Positions 42,671 to 52,555 are shown, counted from the first letter of the stretch. The stretch is DNA of 64,000 nucleotides from Bacteriovoracaceae bacterium (GCA_041586955.1 JBFGZE010000003.1:34855-98854), one strand, 5' to 3'. Program-made: numbers and translations. Notes: generated by a model from the sequence alone, not told the origin.

Positions 42671-43127
42671 TCTTTCCTCCCTCTTTTGATACTAAATGGG
42701 TTTTTTCAATAATCATTTTTTTTGAAAATGCCTTGCACATATCATAAATGGTTAAAGCGGCGACATTACAGGCCATTAAGGCCTCCATTTCGACCCCTGT
42801 TTTAGAGGTGGTAGTCACCGAAGCATCTATATTAATCACTTGCTCAACAACAGAAATATTGACTTTAACCGCTTCTAAATTAATTTGATGACAAAAGGGA
42901 ATCAATTCATCTGTTCTTTTTGCCGCCTGAGTGCCAGCAATAATCGCAGTATGAAAAACAGGTCCTTTTTTCGATTGAATATCACCATTTTTAAAATGGG
43001 CCATCACCTCATCAGGTAAACGCACTTGGCAATTGGCAATCGCCACTCTTTTGGTCACCTGTTTATCTGAAACATCCACCATGGTGGGATTATTAAGGCC
43101 ATCAATATGGGTAAATTTATTTTCCAT
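42651..43127 (-). CDS. moaC: Cyclic pyranopterin monophosphate synthase
   Basis: 'MVDVSDK', 'LIPFCH', 'GVEMEAL', 'YDMCKA'. Confidence 0.97.
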   Translation of the reverse strand: MENKFTHIDGLNNPTMVDVSDKQVTKRVAIANCQVRLPDEVMAHFKNGDIQSKKGPVFHTAIIAGTQAAKRTDELIPFCHQINLEAVKVNISVVEQVINIDASVTTTSKTGVEMEALMACNVAALTIYDMCKAFSKKMIIEKTHLVSKEGGKSDFQFS

Positions 43128-43128
43128 C

Positions 43129-44073
43129 TTATCCTCCTATTGAATACATACCATCATGGGTTTCAATAGGTCGCACGATTGGTTTAAGCTGTATCGTTTG
43201 ATTAAGTGTTTCAAGAATCTCGTCTTCGGAAAGGCCAACAAGACTCACCCCGTGATCAACCATCAAGCAAGGCCGTAACTCTCCCTTCGCTCCGATTCTT
43301 AATCGTGAGCAATCACTACAAAAAGGTTGAGATTCCGAGGCTATAAAACCTATTTGAGCACCATTATGAGCATTGAAATTAAAAGATGTTGAACTATATG
43401 GTCTTGTAATTGCCGTCAGTTTATACTTCTCTCCAATTGAATTAATCATCTCCTGTGCGCTAATGAAGCGCTCATTAAATTGATCTTTCATAACACCAAT
43501 TTTCATGACTTCAAGGAAACGCACCTCAATTCCGGTTAAGGCAGAAAACTCTAAGAAATCGTAAACTTCATGATCATTGAGTCCACGCATCATGACGGCA
43601 TTAATCTTAACGTTAAAACCTCTTTCCTTCGCGCTTAGTATATTATGATAAACTCGTTGAAATTGACTCGATTGAGTCAGAGTTTTAAAATTTTTTTCAT
43701 TAAGTGTATCAAGGCTAAAATTAAGGTTTTGGCATTTTGACTGTTCTAACTCTGACCAAAACTTATGAATAAAGGTTCCGTTGGTAGTTAAAGCTAATTT
43801 TTGAAGGGGCAAGTCCGATAAACGCTCAATCACTTCAATAAAATTGCGGCGTAAGGTGGGCTCTCCTCCTGTTAAACGTATTTCATCGATCCCATAATTA
43901 TTTAATATCTTCGCCAAACGAAAAATCTCGTCAGTCGTTAATAATTGGTTTTCATCAAGAAAGCAGGGGTTTTCGGGCATGCAATAAATACAGCGAAGAT
44001 TACAGGCATCTAATAAAGATATCCTGAGTTTTTTCATAACACGCCCATGTGAATCCTTTAATATAAAACTCAT
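43129..44073 (-). CDS. moaA: GTP 3',8-cyclase
   Basis: CNLRCIYC radical SAM, 'TGGEP', C-terminal CxxC..C, ends IGG; ATGA overlap with moeA. Confidence 0.95.
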   Translation of the reverse strand: MSFILKDSHGRVMKKLRISLLDACNLRCIYCMPENPCFLDENQLLTTDEIFRLAKILNNYGIDEIRLTGGEPTLRRNFIEVIERLSDLPLQKLALTTNGTFIHKFWSELEQSKCQNLNFSLDTLNEKNFKTLTQSSQFQRVYHNILSAKERGFNVKINAVMMRGLNDHEVYDFLEFSALTGIEVRFLEVMKIGVMKDQFNERFISAQEMINSIGEKYKLTAITRPYSSTSFNFNAHNGAQIGFIASESQPFCSDCSRLRIGAKGELRPCLMVDHGVSLVGLSEDEILETLNQTIQLKPIVRPIETHDGMYSIGG

Positions 44074-45287
44074 ATTCTTCCCCATAGATAGAGTGGATAG
44101 GACTCTCCTGCGTAAAAATTTTCTTTTTCTCTCGGCAATTCGATGAAACCATCACTCAGGCCCAAATGGGAGTAATCTCCAGAGCCATTTCCTTCAACAA
44201 TCTCAACTAATTCTTGGCCATCTCTTATCATTTTTTTAACCGCTTTAAAGCAGGTCAAATCTTTTTTAAAAGTATAATCGTGAGCGAGAATACCTTGGCC
44301 CATTGATGGTTTCACTTGAAGTCCCCGAAATTTTAATAAGGCAGGAATAACGTAGCGCCGCATATTAATAAGAGCAGAAACGGGATTTCCGGGAAGAGCA
44401 AATACCCCCTGTCCCTTTTCAGTCCGTCCAAACCATAATGGTTTGCCTGGTCTTTGAGAGACTTTATGAAAAATTTTTTCAACTCCCAATTGCTCCATTG
44501 CTTCGGGAATGAAGTCAAACTTTCCCTTGGAGACTCCACCGCTTAAAATAAAAAAGTCATAAGATGCCAAAAGGGTCTTCAATTGGGCGATCACCTCATC
44601 TTTTTTATCTTTAAGATGAAAGAGATCAATATTCGAAAAATGGTGATCTCGCAGCTCCGCTTCAACGGCATAAGGATTTGATCGACGGATTTGATAATCT
44701 TTTATAGGGTGGCCACAATCGACTAATTCATCACCAGTACTAATGATAGCGACCCTGGGGTCGGCCCCCACTAAAACCTCTTCATAACCCTGAGAGATAA
44801 TAATGCCGACTTCACTTGATTTGATAAGAGCGCCACTAAGTAAAAGAGGTGCATCTTTTTGAAAATCGACCCCCTTTTGATGAACATTTTGCATGGACTT
44901 GAAAGTCGCACTTGATTTAAACACTAATTGATCTTTCTCAATATGAGTGTCTTCATATCTTATAACACAATTACAATTGGCAGGTAATGGAGCACCTGTC
45001 ATGACCTCAATAGCACCAAGAGGATTGTTAAGAACCTTTTGTGCTTCGCCTGCCTTTTGCACCGCTTCTATTTTAATAATAACATCGTAAATGGTTCCCA
45101 AATGATGAGACTCTAAATGAATGGCCACGCCATCCATCGCAACCCTATCAAAAGGAGGGTGAGCGCGCTCAGCAACAATTGTCTGGCGCAAAACCTGACC
45201 GACTGCCTGGCGTGACTTCATCGTGATAGTCTGGGAAAGTCCTAAGGACTCCGCAATAAGCTTTTCAGCTTCTGGTACTGACTTCAT
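44070..45287 (-). CDS. moeA: Molybdopterin molybdotransferase
   Basis: 'PPFDRVAMDG', 'MTGAPLP', 'STGDEL', 'SGGVSKG', 'LPGNPVS'; start at RBS-preceded MKSVP. Confidence 0.95.
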   Translation of the reverse strand: MKSVPEAEKLIAESLGLSQTITMKSRQAVGQVLRQTIVAERAHPPFDRVAMDGVAIHLESHHLGTIYDVIIKIEAVQKAGEAQKVLNNPLGAIEVMTGAPLPANCNCVIRYEDTHIEKDQLVFKSSATFKSMQNVHQKGVDFQKDAPLLLSGALIKSSEVGIIISQGYEEVLVGADPRVAIISTGDELVDCGHPIKDYQIRRSNPYAVEAELRDHHFSNIDLFHLKDKKDEVIAQLKTLLASYDFFILSGGVSKGKFDFIPEAMEQLGVEKIFHKVSQRPGKPLWFGRTEKGQGVFALPGNPVSALINMRRYVIPALLKFRGLQVKPSMGQGILAHDYTFKKDLTCFKAVKKMIRDGQELVEIVEGNGSGDYSHLGLSDGFIELPREKENFYAGESYPLYLWGRI

Positions 45288-45289
45288 AT

Positions 45290-45385
45290 TCATTCCTTTC
45301 CAAAAGGGAGACAAGATCGTTTCCAATAATGCCGTATCGTCTCATATCCATGGCCTTCGCTTTAGGAACAGAGATCAGGAATATC
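45290..45385 (-). ncRNA. Moco RNA motif (molybdenum-cofactor riboswitch), apparently lacking P3
   Basis: Minus strand ATTCCT..CTC.GTTCCTAA..CATGG..GAG..GGCA-TTATTGGAAACGATCT-TGTC-TCCCTTTTGGA-AAGGAAT: P1 sequesters the moeA RBS, GGAAAC loop and 3' end resemble E. coli moaA leader (GCCTCCCGTATTTGGAAAGG). Confidence 0.8.
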
Positions 45386-45391
45386 CTGCAA

Positions 45392-45562
45392 TTAACTTTG
45401 AGAATTATCCTCTAATTTATTTTCTTCTTGTTTGAGACCGGCCTGAAAGTTTTTAATTCCCTTCCCCATGGCGCTCCCAAGTTCTGGTATCTTTTTGCCC
45501 CCGAATAATAAAAGGACTATACCCCCCATAACCGCCAATTCACCAGCACCTAATCCAAACAT
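45392..45562 (-). CDS. tatA: Twin-arginine translocase TatA/E (56 aa, missing from ORF track)
   Basis: Hand-translated MFGLGAGELAVMGVIVLLLFGGKKIPELGSAMGKGIKNFQAGL...; AAGGAG RBS. Confidence 0.93.
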   Translation of the reverse strand: MFGLGAGELAVMGGIVLLLFGGKKIPELGSAMGKGIKNFQAGLKQEENKLEDNSQS

Positions 45563-45649
45563 TTTGACTCCTTAACATTTTTCTTCTGCAGCAATAACCA
45601 ATCAAAAGACTTGTCAATTTGATTAGAGTGTACAGAGAAGATACAAAGC

Positions 45650-45690
45650 ATTATAGGAGGTTGGATAGAAAAAAACATGACCTTAGTCAT
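45650..45690 (-). promoter_or_regulatory. Class II Crp/Fnr-type promoter of tatA-moe/moa operon
   Basis: ATGAC-CTTA-GTCAT (45677-45690), centre 28.5 bp from perfect TATAAT (45655-45650). Confidence 0.75.
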
Positions 45691-45737
45691 CTTGCTTGTG
45701 TTTTCAATAAGTTGACTTTACTAAGGGATATGATCTC

Positions 45738-45784
45738 AAAACATGTCTTAAGTCATGTTTTGCGGGTTTAAAGGTTGTTATTAT
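45738..45784 (+). promoter_or_regulatory. Class II Crp/Fnr-type promoter of nnrS
   Basis: AAAACATGTCTTAAGTCATGTTTT near-perfect palindrome, centre 29.5 bp from TGn-TATTAT (45779-45784). Confidence 0.75.
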
Positions 45785-45828
45785 GCAGCTGCGTCAACGA
45801 ACTTACTCTTTAACAAAAGAAAAAACTG

Positions 45829-46992
45829 ATGAACATCACAAACCCACCACTTCTCTCGATTCCCTTTCGCCCATTTTTTATCCTAACGGCGATCATCGCG
45901 ACATTATGCCCTCCAATCTTTATCACCTCCTTTTTACAAGGATCTGATTGGACAGGCCAGCTCCTATCACTTCTTGATTGGCATGCACATGAAATGATCT
46001 TTGGGTTTACCACGGCGTTATTGGCGGGCTTTACCTTAACTGCTAGTTCTAATTGGACCGGCAAAAAACCCTTTCAAGGTTTGGCACTCCTTATCTTATG
46101 TCTTTTATGGGTGATAGAGAGATTGGTTCTTACCTATAATATCTTTCCCCCATTGCCGACCTTGATCATTTCGATGAGCTTTATGATGCTATTCTATCTC
46201 TATCTCGCCATAATGTTGGTCGATAATGAAAGGAATCGCAAAATTTTATTACCTCTTTTGCTCCTATTTGTCATGGGTAAGGCCTTTTTTCTAACGGGTG
46301 GTTATGTTGGGGATAGTGATAAAATGTTTATCGGAAAAATATTGGGCATTAATTGTATTAAGATCTTTCTCATTCTTTTTTCGGGACGATTGATACCATT
46401 TTTTATTAATTCCTTTTTTAAAAATAACGACATCACTAGAATCCCGTGGATTGAAAAATCAATTTTTCCTCTTCTCATTTTTCAACTGGTCACACAATTA
46501 ATGAACTTTGGCGATCATACCGCCTTCCATTTAAGTAATATGGCCTTGGCCATCCTTTTAATCGTGAGAACCTGGTCCTTTACCTCCCGTAGCGCCCTCA
46601 AAAACCCCATGCTATCCTCTCTTTTATTGGCCCATTTCTGGCTGGCCATTCATTTCACTTTAGAGTCAATTGGTTATTTTTATGACGATATTCTTATTGG
46701 TCAGTCAGGACTCCATGCCTTATTGGTAGGGGCCTTAGGAACATTTTGTGTTAGCTTAATGTCACGAGTGAGTCTTGGGCATACCGGTCGTAAAATAAAG
46801 TCATCCATTTTAATTAATGGTATGCTTATTTCTATCACCATCGCTGCTATCACGAGAGTATTTTCTCCTATTATTGAACAAGATTTTCCCACGAACCTAC
46901 TTTATATCAGTACAGGTTTCTGGGTCCTGGCCTTTGGCCTCTATTTAGTAAAGTTTATTCCTATCCTTATCGCCCCCAGGTATGATGCATGA
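45829..46992 (+). CDS. nnrS: NnrS family NO-response membrane protein
   Basis: 'PFRPFF', 'WHAHEMIFGF', 'GRLIPFF', 'RVSLGHTGR'. Confidence 0.93.
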   Translation: MNITNPPLLSIPFRPFFILTAIIATLCPPIFITSFLQGSDWTGQLLSLLDWHAHEMIFGFTTALLAGFTLTASSNWTGKKPFQGLALLILCLLWVIERLVLTYNIFPPLPTLIISMSFMMLFYLYLAIMLVDNERNRKILLPLLLLFVMGKAFFLTGGYVGDSDKMFIGKILGINCIKIFLILFSGRLIPFFINSFFKNNDITRIPWIEKSIFPLLIFQLVTQLMNFGDHTAFHLSNMALAILLIVRTWSFTSRSALKNPMLSSLLLAHFWLAIHFTLESIGYFYDDILIGQSGLHALLVGALGTFCVSLMSRVSLGHTGRKIKSSILINGMLISITIAAITRVFSPIIEQDFPTNLLYISTGFWVLAFGLYLVKFIPILIAPRYDA

Positions 46993-48323
46993 AAAACAAA
47001 TTGATTTCAAAATTTAGCACTAACGGTCCACGTTACACCAGCTATCCTCCTGTTCCTTTTTGGAATAAAGAAGTAACAGATCAAAGCTGGAAGGATGAGC
47101 TCAAAACATCCTCTTATCTTGGTACAGGGATTGACCTCTATATTCATATTCCCTATTGTGAAGAGTTATGTGCCTATTGTGGCTGTAATCGCACCATTAC
47201 AAAAAATAAAGATAAGGGCGCTTTCTACGTTGAATTATTACTTAAGGAGTGGAGTTCTTATAAAAAGCTTGTTCCGCATATAAAAATCAACTCTATTCAT
47301 CTGGGCGGGGGGACACCGACATTTTTACGGCCCAAAGAAATGGAGTATATGCTCCATGAGATACTTAATGGAACTCAAACTGATCGTTTTGTTGGTTCAG
47401 TAGAGGTCGATCCACGTACTTGCCAAGAAGAGCATTTAAAGGTTTTACGAAACTTTTCCTTTTCTCGTGTCTCCATGGGGATTCAAGATTTCGATAAAGG
47501 TGTGCAAAAAAATATAAAGCGGGATCAAAGTTTTGAACTTGTAAAAAAACTTTGCAACCTCGTAAGAAATTATAATTTTGAATCTATCTGCTTTGACCTC
47601 ATTTATGGACTACCGGGGCAAAGTCTCGAAACCCAAAGAGAAACCTTAGAAAAGGTCAAAGAATTATCACCCTCATTTATTGCGTATTATAGTTACGCTC
47701 ATTTGCCAGATAAAATCAAAAATCAGCGTTTAATTGATGAATCATTATTGCCCGGGGATGAACTCAAACTGGATTTATTTAACCTGGGGAGAACGTTCTT
47801 TATTGATCAAGGACTTATCCCCATAGGCCTTGACCATTTTGCCAAACCTGATAGCTATATTGGCAAGGCCTATCATTCCAAAACATTGCAGCGTAACTTT
47901 ATGGGTTATACCAATAAGAAGTCCCCCTATTTGATTGGTCTAGGTTCTTCTTCAATTTCCGAATCCCCTTCTTTTTTCAAACAAAATGAAACAAGTATTG
48001 ACCATTATCAAATGAATGTGGAAAGGAATATCTTGGCCACCCAAAAAGGACATCATAAGACCAAAAAAGATCAATTTATCGCCGACCTCATTCAAGAATT
48101 AATGTGCCATTCGACCATTGATAAGAATAAATTAATGATTCTTCAAAACCAATTTCATCATCACTTCAATGCTGAGGAGTTTAAGGAGTATGATATTTTA
48201 GAGGAATCGGAGCGAGAGTTTATCGTGACCTCTAGCGGATATCCCTATATTAGATCAATTGCCATGGCATTGGACCCTATGCTTTTAAAACGGCCATCAC
48301 AACACTTCAGCAAAACAATATAA
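46989..48323 (+). CDS. hemN: Oxygen-independent coproporphyrinogen III oxidase
   Basis: 'GPRYTSYP', 'LYIHIPYC..LC.YCGC', 'GGGTP', 'GLDHFA', 'RNFMGY'. Confidence 0.93.
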   Translation: MKNKLISKFSTNGPRYTSYPPVPFWNKEVTDQSWKDELKTSSYLGTGIDLYIHIPYCEELCAYCGCNRTITKNKDKGAFYVELLLKEWSSYKKLVPHIKINSIHLGGGTPTFLRPKEMEYMLHEILNGTQTDRFVGSVEVDPRTCQEEHLKVLRNFSFSRVSMGIQDFDKGVQKNIKRDQSFELVKKLCNLVRNYNFESICFDLIYGLPGQSLETQRETLEKVKELSPSFIAYYSYAHLPDKIKNQRLIDESLLPGDELKLDLFNLGRTFFIDQGLIPIGLDHFAKPDSYIGKAYHSKTLQRNFMGYTNKKSPYLIGLGSSSISESPSFFKQNETSIDHYQMNVERNILATQKGHHKTKKDQFIADLIQELMCHSTIDKNKLMILQNQFHHHFNAEEFKEYDILEESEREFIVTSSGYPYIRSIAMALDPMLLKRPSQHFSKTI

Positions 48324-48334
48324 GGACAGAGAGA

Positions 48335-50110
48335 ATGGAAGATTGCCCCGCGAAAGATATCGGCCTCAAATCGTTTTTCTTAGGACCTCAATCAGAAAAT
48401 GCCCTCTGGGTACAAACTCAAATTCAACAAATATTTTCCCATTGGTTTGAGTACCGGCGAGCTTTATTCCCTCAAGATGGGCATGCCATTTCCTACCAAG
48501 ACCAGCAAAACCCATCCTTCATAGCAACACGCGAGGCAATGGGAAAAGAGATTAATAATCTCATCGCCGCATTTGAGGAAGAAGCACCAAAATTTACGCC
48601 TCGTTATATTGGCCATATGATTTCGGAAATATCTCTGCCCGGCCTATTTGGCCATATTCTAACGTTATTGCATAATCCCAATAACGCTTCTCCAGAAGTG
48701 GCAATCGTCGGTCGAAAAATGGAGCGAAAGGCCGTTTCTGAGCTTCTCACCATGATCGGGATACCATCAGATAAAGGAATGGGTCATTTTACATCAGGTG
48801 GCACGATCGCCAATTTTGAAGGCCTAAGACGGGCCCAATACCGTATGGCAATGGCCCTTTCCCTCGCCATTCAATTACCAGCTGATATCCGTAACCATCA
48901 TAACCTCTTTACCTGGTCGCAAATAGGATGGAAAGATATTCAGTTTTATAAGAAAAAATATAATATAAGCGATCAGCAACTTTTTAATCATTCCTTTTTA
49001 AAACTAAATCCTCATAAGTTCGCCCATATTATTGAAGAATTATTTAAGATTAAATATTATGGCCCTATTATTTTGGTACCAGATAATAAACATTACTCCT
49101 GGATCAAAGCGACCCATTTTTTTGGCCTAAGTGAAGAGGCCTTTTGGCCGGTGGAACTCGATCATACAGGGCAATTATGCGTCGATTCTCTAAAGAAACA
49201 AATTAAATTCGCCCATGATCAGCATAGACCAATCCTCTCCTGCATTTCAGTTGCCGGCACGACGGAACTGGGTGGAATGGACCCTATTCATTCCATTTGT
49301 GATCTCTTTGACGAACTTTCTTCTCAAAATGGATGGTCCATTTGGCATCATATCGATGCCGCCTATGGTGGTTTTTTTACCACCTTATTAAATGGTCAAA
49401 GTAAATCCCACGAACAATATATAAAAAATAATGTCAGTGAGGCACTCAAGGCCCTCAAACGCGGTACCAGTATCAGTATTGACCCTCATAAACTAGGTTA
49501 TATTCCCTATTCCTGTGGGGTCTTTCTCTGTTGTAATGAGGACCATTACCAAACCTCCCCAATCCAGGCGAGTTATGTTTCAAATGAGCAAGATAAGAAG
49601 GAATTAGATGATATCTGGGCCCATACACTCGAAGGTTCGCGTTCGGCCACAGGTGCCGTCGCTACCTGGCTAAGCGCCCGCACCACAGGTCTCCATCATG
49701 ATGGATTGGGCAAAATTCTGGCCAAAGGAATACTCGCCAAGGAGAAGTTTTTAGAGGCCTTAAAAAAAGAGTTTGCTACGATTCAATTCATTGGCCTGTC
49801 AGACACCAATATTTTATGTTTTTGCTTTGCAAAACCCAATGAACCTACCAGTACCGCCAATAAAAGAACATTCCAAGTTTACCGAGAATTCTTAAAGTCT
49901 AAAAATTTTGCTGTATCTAAAACCAGGTTATCTGTAAAAAACTATCATAAATTGATTAAATCACACGTAGATAAATGGGATGGTCATATTGATACTGATG
50001 AACTGTTTCTTATCCGCATGGTTTTTATGAACCCCTTTATCATTTCCAAGCAACACCAAACTGATTTCTTGAGCGAGTTTATTGACGAATTAAAAAAGGC
50101 CCTTACTTAA
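48335..50110 (+). CDS. Group II PLP-dependent amino-acid decarboxylase (tyrosine-decarboxylase-like)
   Basis: 'RYIGHM', 'TSGGTIAN', 'HYSW', 'HIDAAYGG', 'DPHKLGYIPY', 'EGSR'. Confidence 0.85.
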   Translation: MEDCPAKDIGLKSFFLGPQSENALWVQTQIQQIFSHWFEYRRALFPQDGHAISYQDQQNPSFIATREAMGKEINNLIAAFEEEAPKFTPRYIGHMISEISLPGLFGHILTLLHNPNNASPEVAIVGRKMERKAVSELLTMIGIPSDKGMGHFTSGGTIANFEGLRRAQYRMAMALSLAIQLPADIRNHHNLFTWSQIGWKDIQFYKKKYNISDQQLFNHSFLKLNPHKFAHIIEELFKIKYYGPIILVPDNKHYSWIKATHFFGLSEEAFWPVELDHTGQLCVDSLKKQIKFAHDQHRPILSCISVAGTTELGGMDPIHSICDLFDELSSQNGWSIWHHIDAAYGGFFTTLLNGQSKSHEQYIKNNVSEALKALKRGTSISIDPHKLGYIPYSCGVFLCCNEDHYQTSPIQASYVSNEQDKKELDDIWAHTLEGSRSATGAVATWLSARTTGLHHDGLGKILAKGILAKEKFLEALKKEFATIQFIGLSDTNILCFCFAKPNEPTSTANKRTFQVYREFLKSKNFAVSKTRLSVKNYHKLIKSHVDKWDGHIDTDELFLIRMVFMNPFIISKQHQTDFLSEFIDELKKALT

Positions 50111-50134
50111 AGGGGCACTTACAAGTGCCCCCTT
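50111..50134. terminator. Terminator between convergent decarboxylase and nrdD
   Basis: GGGGCACTT-AC-AAGTGCCCC hairpin. Confidence 0.75.
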
Positions 50135-50143
50135 GTTTTAAAT

Positions 50144-51916
50144 TTAGGTATAATGCCGCAAGGAATGTTCTTCTTGGCGAGGAACAGAAAAGGCACTGAC
50201 TCTTTTGAGATAACCAATGACCCGTGTTCCATAATCGATATTTTCACTTCCACATTGCTGGCAATGTGTTGTCGTTCGCTTGCTAATATGATCACAATCA
50301 TTACAGATCGTAATCTTCACATTAGTACAAAAATAATTACAGCCGGTATTCGCCGATACATTTAATAAAGACCTATAATTATCTTTAGTTAAATGTTCAT
50401 CAAGGTTAAGGTGCAAGGCAGAGCCCCCATCGAGATATTGGGTTATTTCCTTTCCGTGAAGAATAAATTTGTCGAGATAATTAACATCAGTATCTTCAGT
50501 TGGATAAAAATACGAATTATAACAATCTCGTGGCACAAAATAACCATCTTTGCGATCCCAACTAGCATTTTTCGGCCCAAGGTTTTCGGCGGGTACAAAC
50601 TCAGTATTAAACATGTGCCCATACTCTTTCCGAGCAGCTCGATTTTCATCGTAGATAGTTTTTAATAATGAACTGACAAATGTTTTATATTTATCGTTAT
50701 TTCCCGGAACTATGCCATTATACTCGGCCGCTTCAACCATCCCATTAATCCCAATTGTTAAGAATTGCTTTTTAAGAGAAATAAAGCCAGCATCATAGAC
50801 AGGTAACATTCCATTATCTTTATACTTTTGAATAATACTCATATAAGCAAGTTGGTATTTTTGTATTTTTTGAATCTCTGTTTTAAGGTCACGCCCGTCT
50901 TGGATCAGACGATTCATATTAATGGTGATCACATTAACAGAACCGGTTGCCACCCCCCCAGCACCAAGAGAATAACTAAAGGTATTATCTGAGATCTCAT
51001 TTCTCAAACGACAGCAGCTGGCCAAACTATCGGCATTTTCAGATTGGTAAACAAAAAAGGAATTTCCTATCGATAATTGGTCGGCACAAAAATCGGCAAA
51101 ATCCAAATCGACAGGACCTTTTGTTTTTTCGACCAACATAGCAGCAGTAACAACGGGGAAAGTGAGTACCGCCTTTTCTCTTTCACGTCCAAACCAATTC
51201 ATAAAGAACTCTTGTAAGTTCATTAAACTTTCCCATTTTGGTTTACTCATATCGGGAAAGACAAAATCTCCAAACATACTATTAAAATAGCCTTCGTCAT
51301 AAAGTGAAATATTCCAAAATACTGATTGATAACCACGAGCTGCCGCCGGCTGGTTAATCGAATAGACAATATGTTGTAGATGATTGGCTATTTGCTGAGA
51401 ATGGGTTAAATGGTAATCATCACCATAATCTTTACGAGCAAAATGATCAAAATACATCAAGAACTCAACTGTTGCTACCGCCCCAGCAAATTGTGAACTG
51501 ACCGCAAAAACCAAATTAATAAAGGAGCCACAGAAACTTTCCAGATGCTGGGGCGCCTGGCTTTCTCCGCCTAATTCTGTAATCCCTTTTAATAAAAAGG
51601 GGTACATACTAATTGAAACACAATAAGGCTTTAGTGATGTTTCATCGTGAACATAGATTTCATGACTTTCAATCTGTCTATTATATTCCTGAGCTAGCTC
51701 TGTTCCGAACATGCGCTCAATATTTTGGCTTACTAAAGCTCTGTTAACTTGTATATTAATATCTTTATTTAATTCATTTTCAAGTGTCGCAATGTTTTTA
51801 AATGAAACATTCGCATTGGCGTCAAATTTTGAGCCTGTGGCGGCATTCGTTGCCTCAATATAATCATTGATGAAGTTGATCTTGTCGTTTATTTGATCCT
51901 GATTTAATGTCAACAT
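50144..51916 (-). CDS. nrdD: Anaerobic (class III) ribonucleotide reductase, no ATP-cone
   Basis: 'IYVHDE..PYC', 'LTFPV', 'SCCRL', 'VPAENLG', C-terminal CxxC..CxxC and glycyl-radical 'RVIGYL'. Confidence 0.95.
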   Translation of the reverse strand: MLTLNQDQINDKINFINDYIEATNAATGSKFDANANVSFKNIATLENELNKDINIQVNRALVSQNIERMFGTELAQEYNRQIESHEIYVHDETSLKPYCVSISMYPFLLKGITELGGESQAPQHLESFCGSFINLVFAVSSQFAGAVATVEFLMYFDHFARKDYGDDYHLTHSQQIANHLQHIVYSINQPAAARGYQSVFWNISLYDEGYFNSMFGDFVFPDMSKPKWESLMNLQEFFMNWFGREREKAVLTFPVVTAAMLVEKTKGPVDLDFADFCADQLSIGNSFFVYQSENADSLASCCRLRNEISDNTFSYSLGAGGVATGSVNVITINMNRLIQDGRDLKTEIQKIQKYQLAYMSIIQKYKDNGMLPVYDAGFISLKKQFLTIGINGMVEAAEYNGIVPGNNDKYKTFVSSLLKTIYDENRAARKEYGHMFNTEFVPAENLGPKNASWDRKDGYFVPRDCYNSYFYPTEDTDVNYLDKFILHGKEITQYLDGGSALHLNLDEHLTKDNYRSLLNVSANTGCNYFCTNVKITICNDCDHISKRTTTHCQQCGSENIDYGTRVIGYLKRVSAFSVPRQEEHSLRHYT

Positions 51917-52376
51917 AGGTGTGTCCTCTCTTGTCCCTGAAAAGGTGGTTTAAACTCTCTCCATTTCGTAAATCGATAAATTTCTGGTTTGTGTGTTTAT
52001 TATCTAATCCTCCGAGATGCTCCTTCCACGGTCCGGTTTTAATAAATGTTAAATGTGTTAAAATGGACTCGTGCACATTGTCTCCCCCCGTGTATAGACA
52101 AGTTTCAAGTCCTTCTTCTTTTGCTATTTTTAATAATTCAATAAGTTTTTCCCTCTTCCACTCTCCACCAAAAAAACAAATGCAGGTGATAAGTGACTTA
52201 TAAGAATGTAAAACCTTAATAAATTTTTCTGGCGTTAATGGAATTCCATTTTCGGCATCCCATAAATGAGAGGAATGACAACCATCGCATTGATAAGGGC
52301 AACCAGTAATTGAAAAGATTAATGAAATATGATTGGGTACCTCTTGAAAGGCCACATCAATCTGGAAAACCTTCAA
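51864..52376 (-). CDS. nrdG: Anaerobic RNR activating enzyme
   Basis: 'FQEVP', 'GCPYQCDGCHS', 'GGEW', 'LGGL..TNQ'; TTG start with GGAGG RBS. Confidence 0.93.
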   Translation of the reverse strand: MKVFQIDVAFQEVPNHISLIFSITGCPYQCDGCHSSHLWDAENGIPLTPEKFIKVLHSYKSLITCICFFGGEWKREKLIELLKIAKEEGLETCLYTGGDNVHESILTHLTFIKTGPWKEHLGGLDNKHTNQKFIDLRNGESLNHLFRDKRGHTYVDIKSGSNKRQDQLHQ

Positions 52377-52416
52377 TGGTCACCTCCCCAAAATAATATC
52401 CGTATTCTCATTATTA

Positions 52417-52458
52417 AGATTAAGGGCTGAGTAAATTAATGAGTATGACTGAAATCAC
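52417..52458 (-). promoter_or_regulatory. Class II Crp/Fnr-type promoter of nrdG-nrdD
   Basis: GTGATTTCAGTCAT (52458-52445), centre 29.5 bp from TAATCT. Confidence 0.65.
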
Positions 52459-52513
52459 CATTCACGAAATAAATACAGGTGTAAGAAATGATCATAAAGA
52501 TCATTGTTAAAAC

Positions 52514-52555
52514 ATGATGAAGCTCATACGCACTCAATATTTCTCAACCTAGAAT
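52514..52555 (+). promoter_or_regulatory. Class II Crp/Fnr-type promoter of nrdB
   Basis: ATGATGAAGCTCAT (52514-52527), centre 29.5 bp from TAGAAT (52550-52555). Confidence 0.6.
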
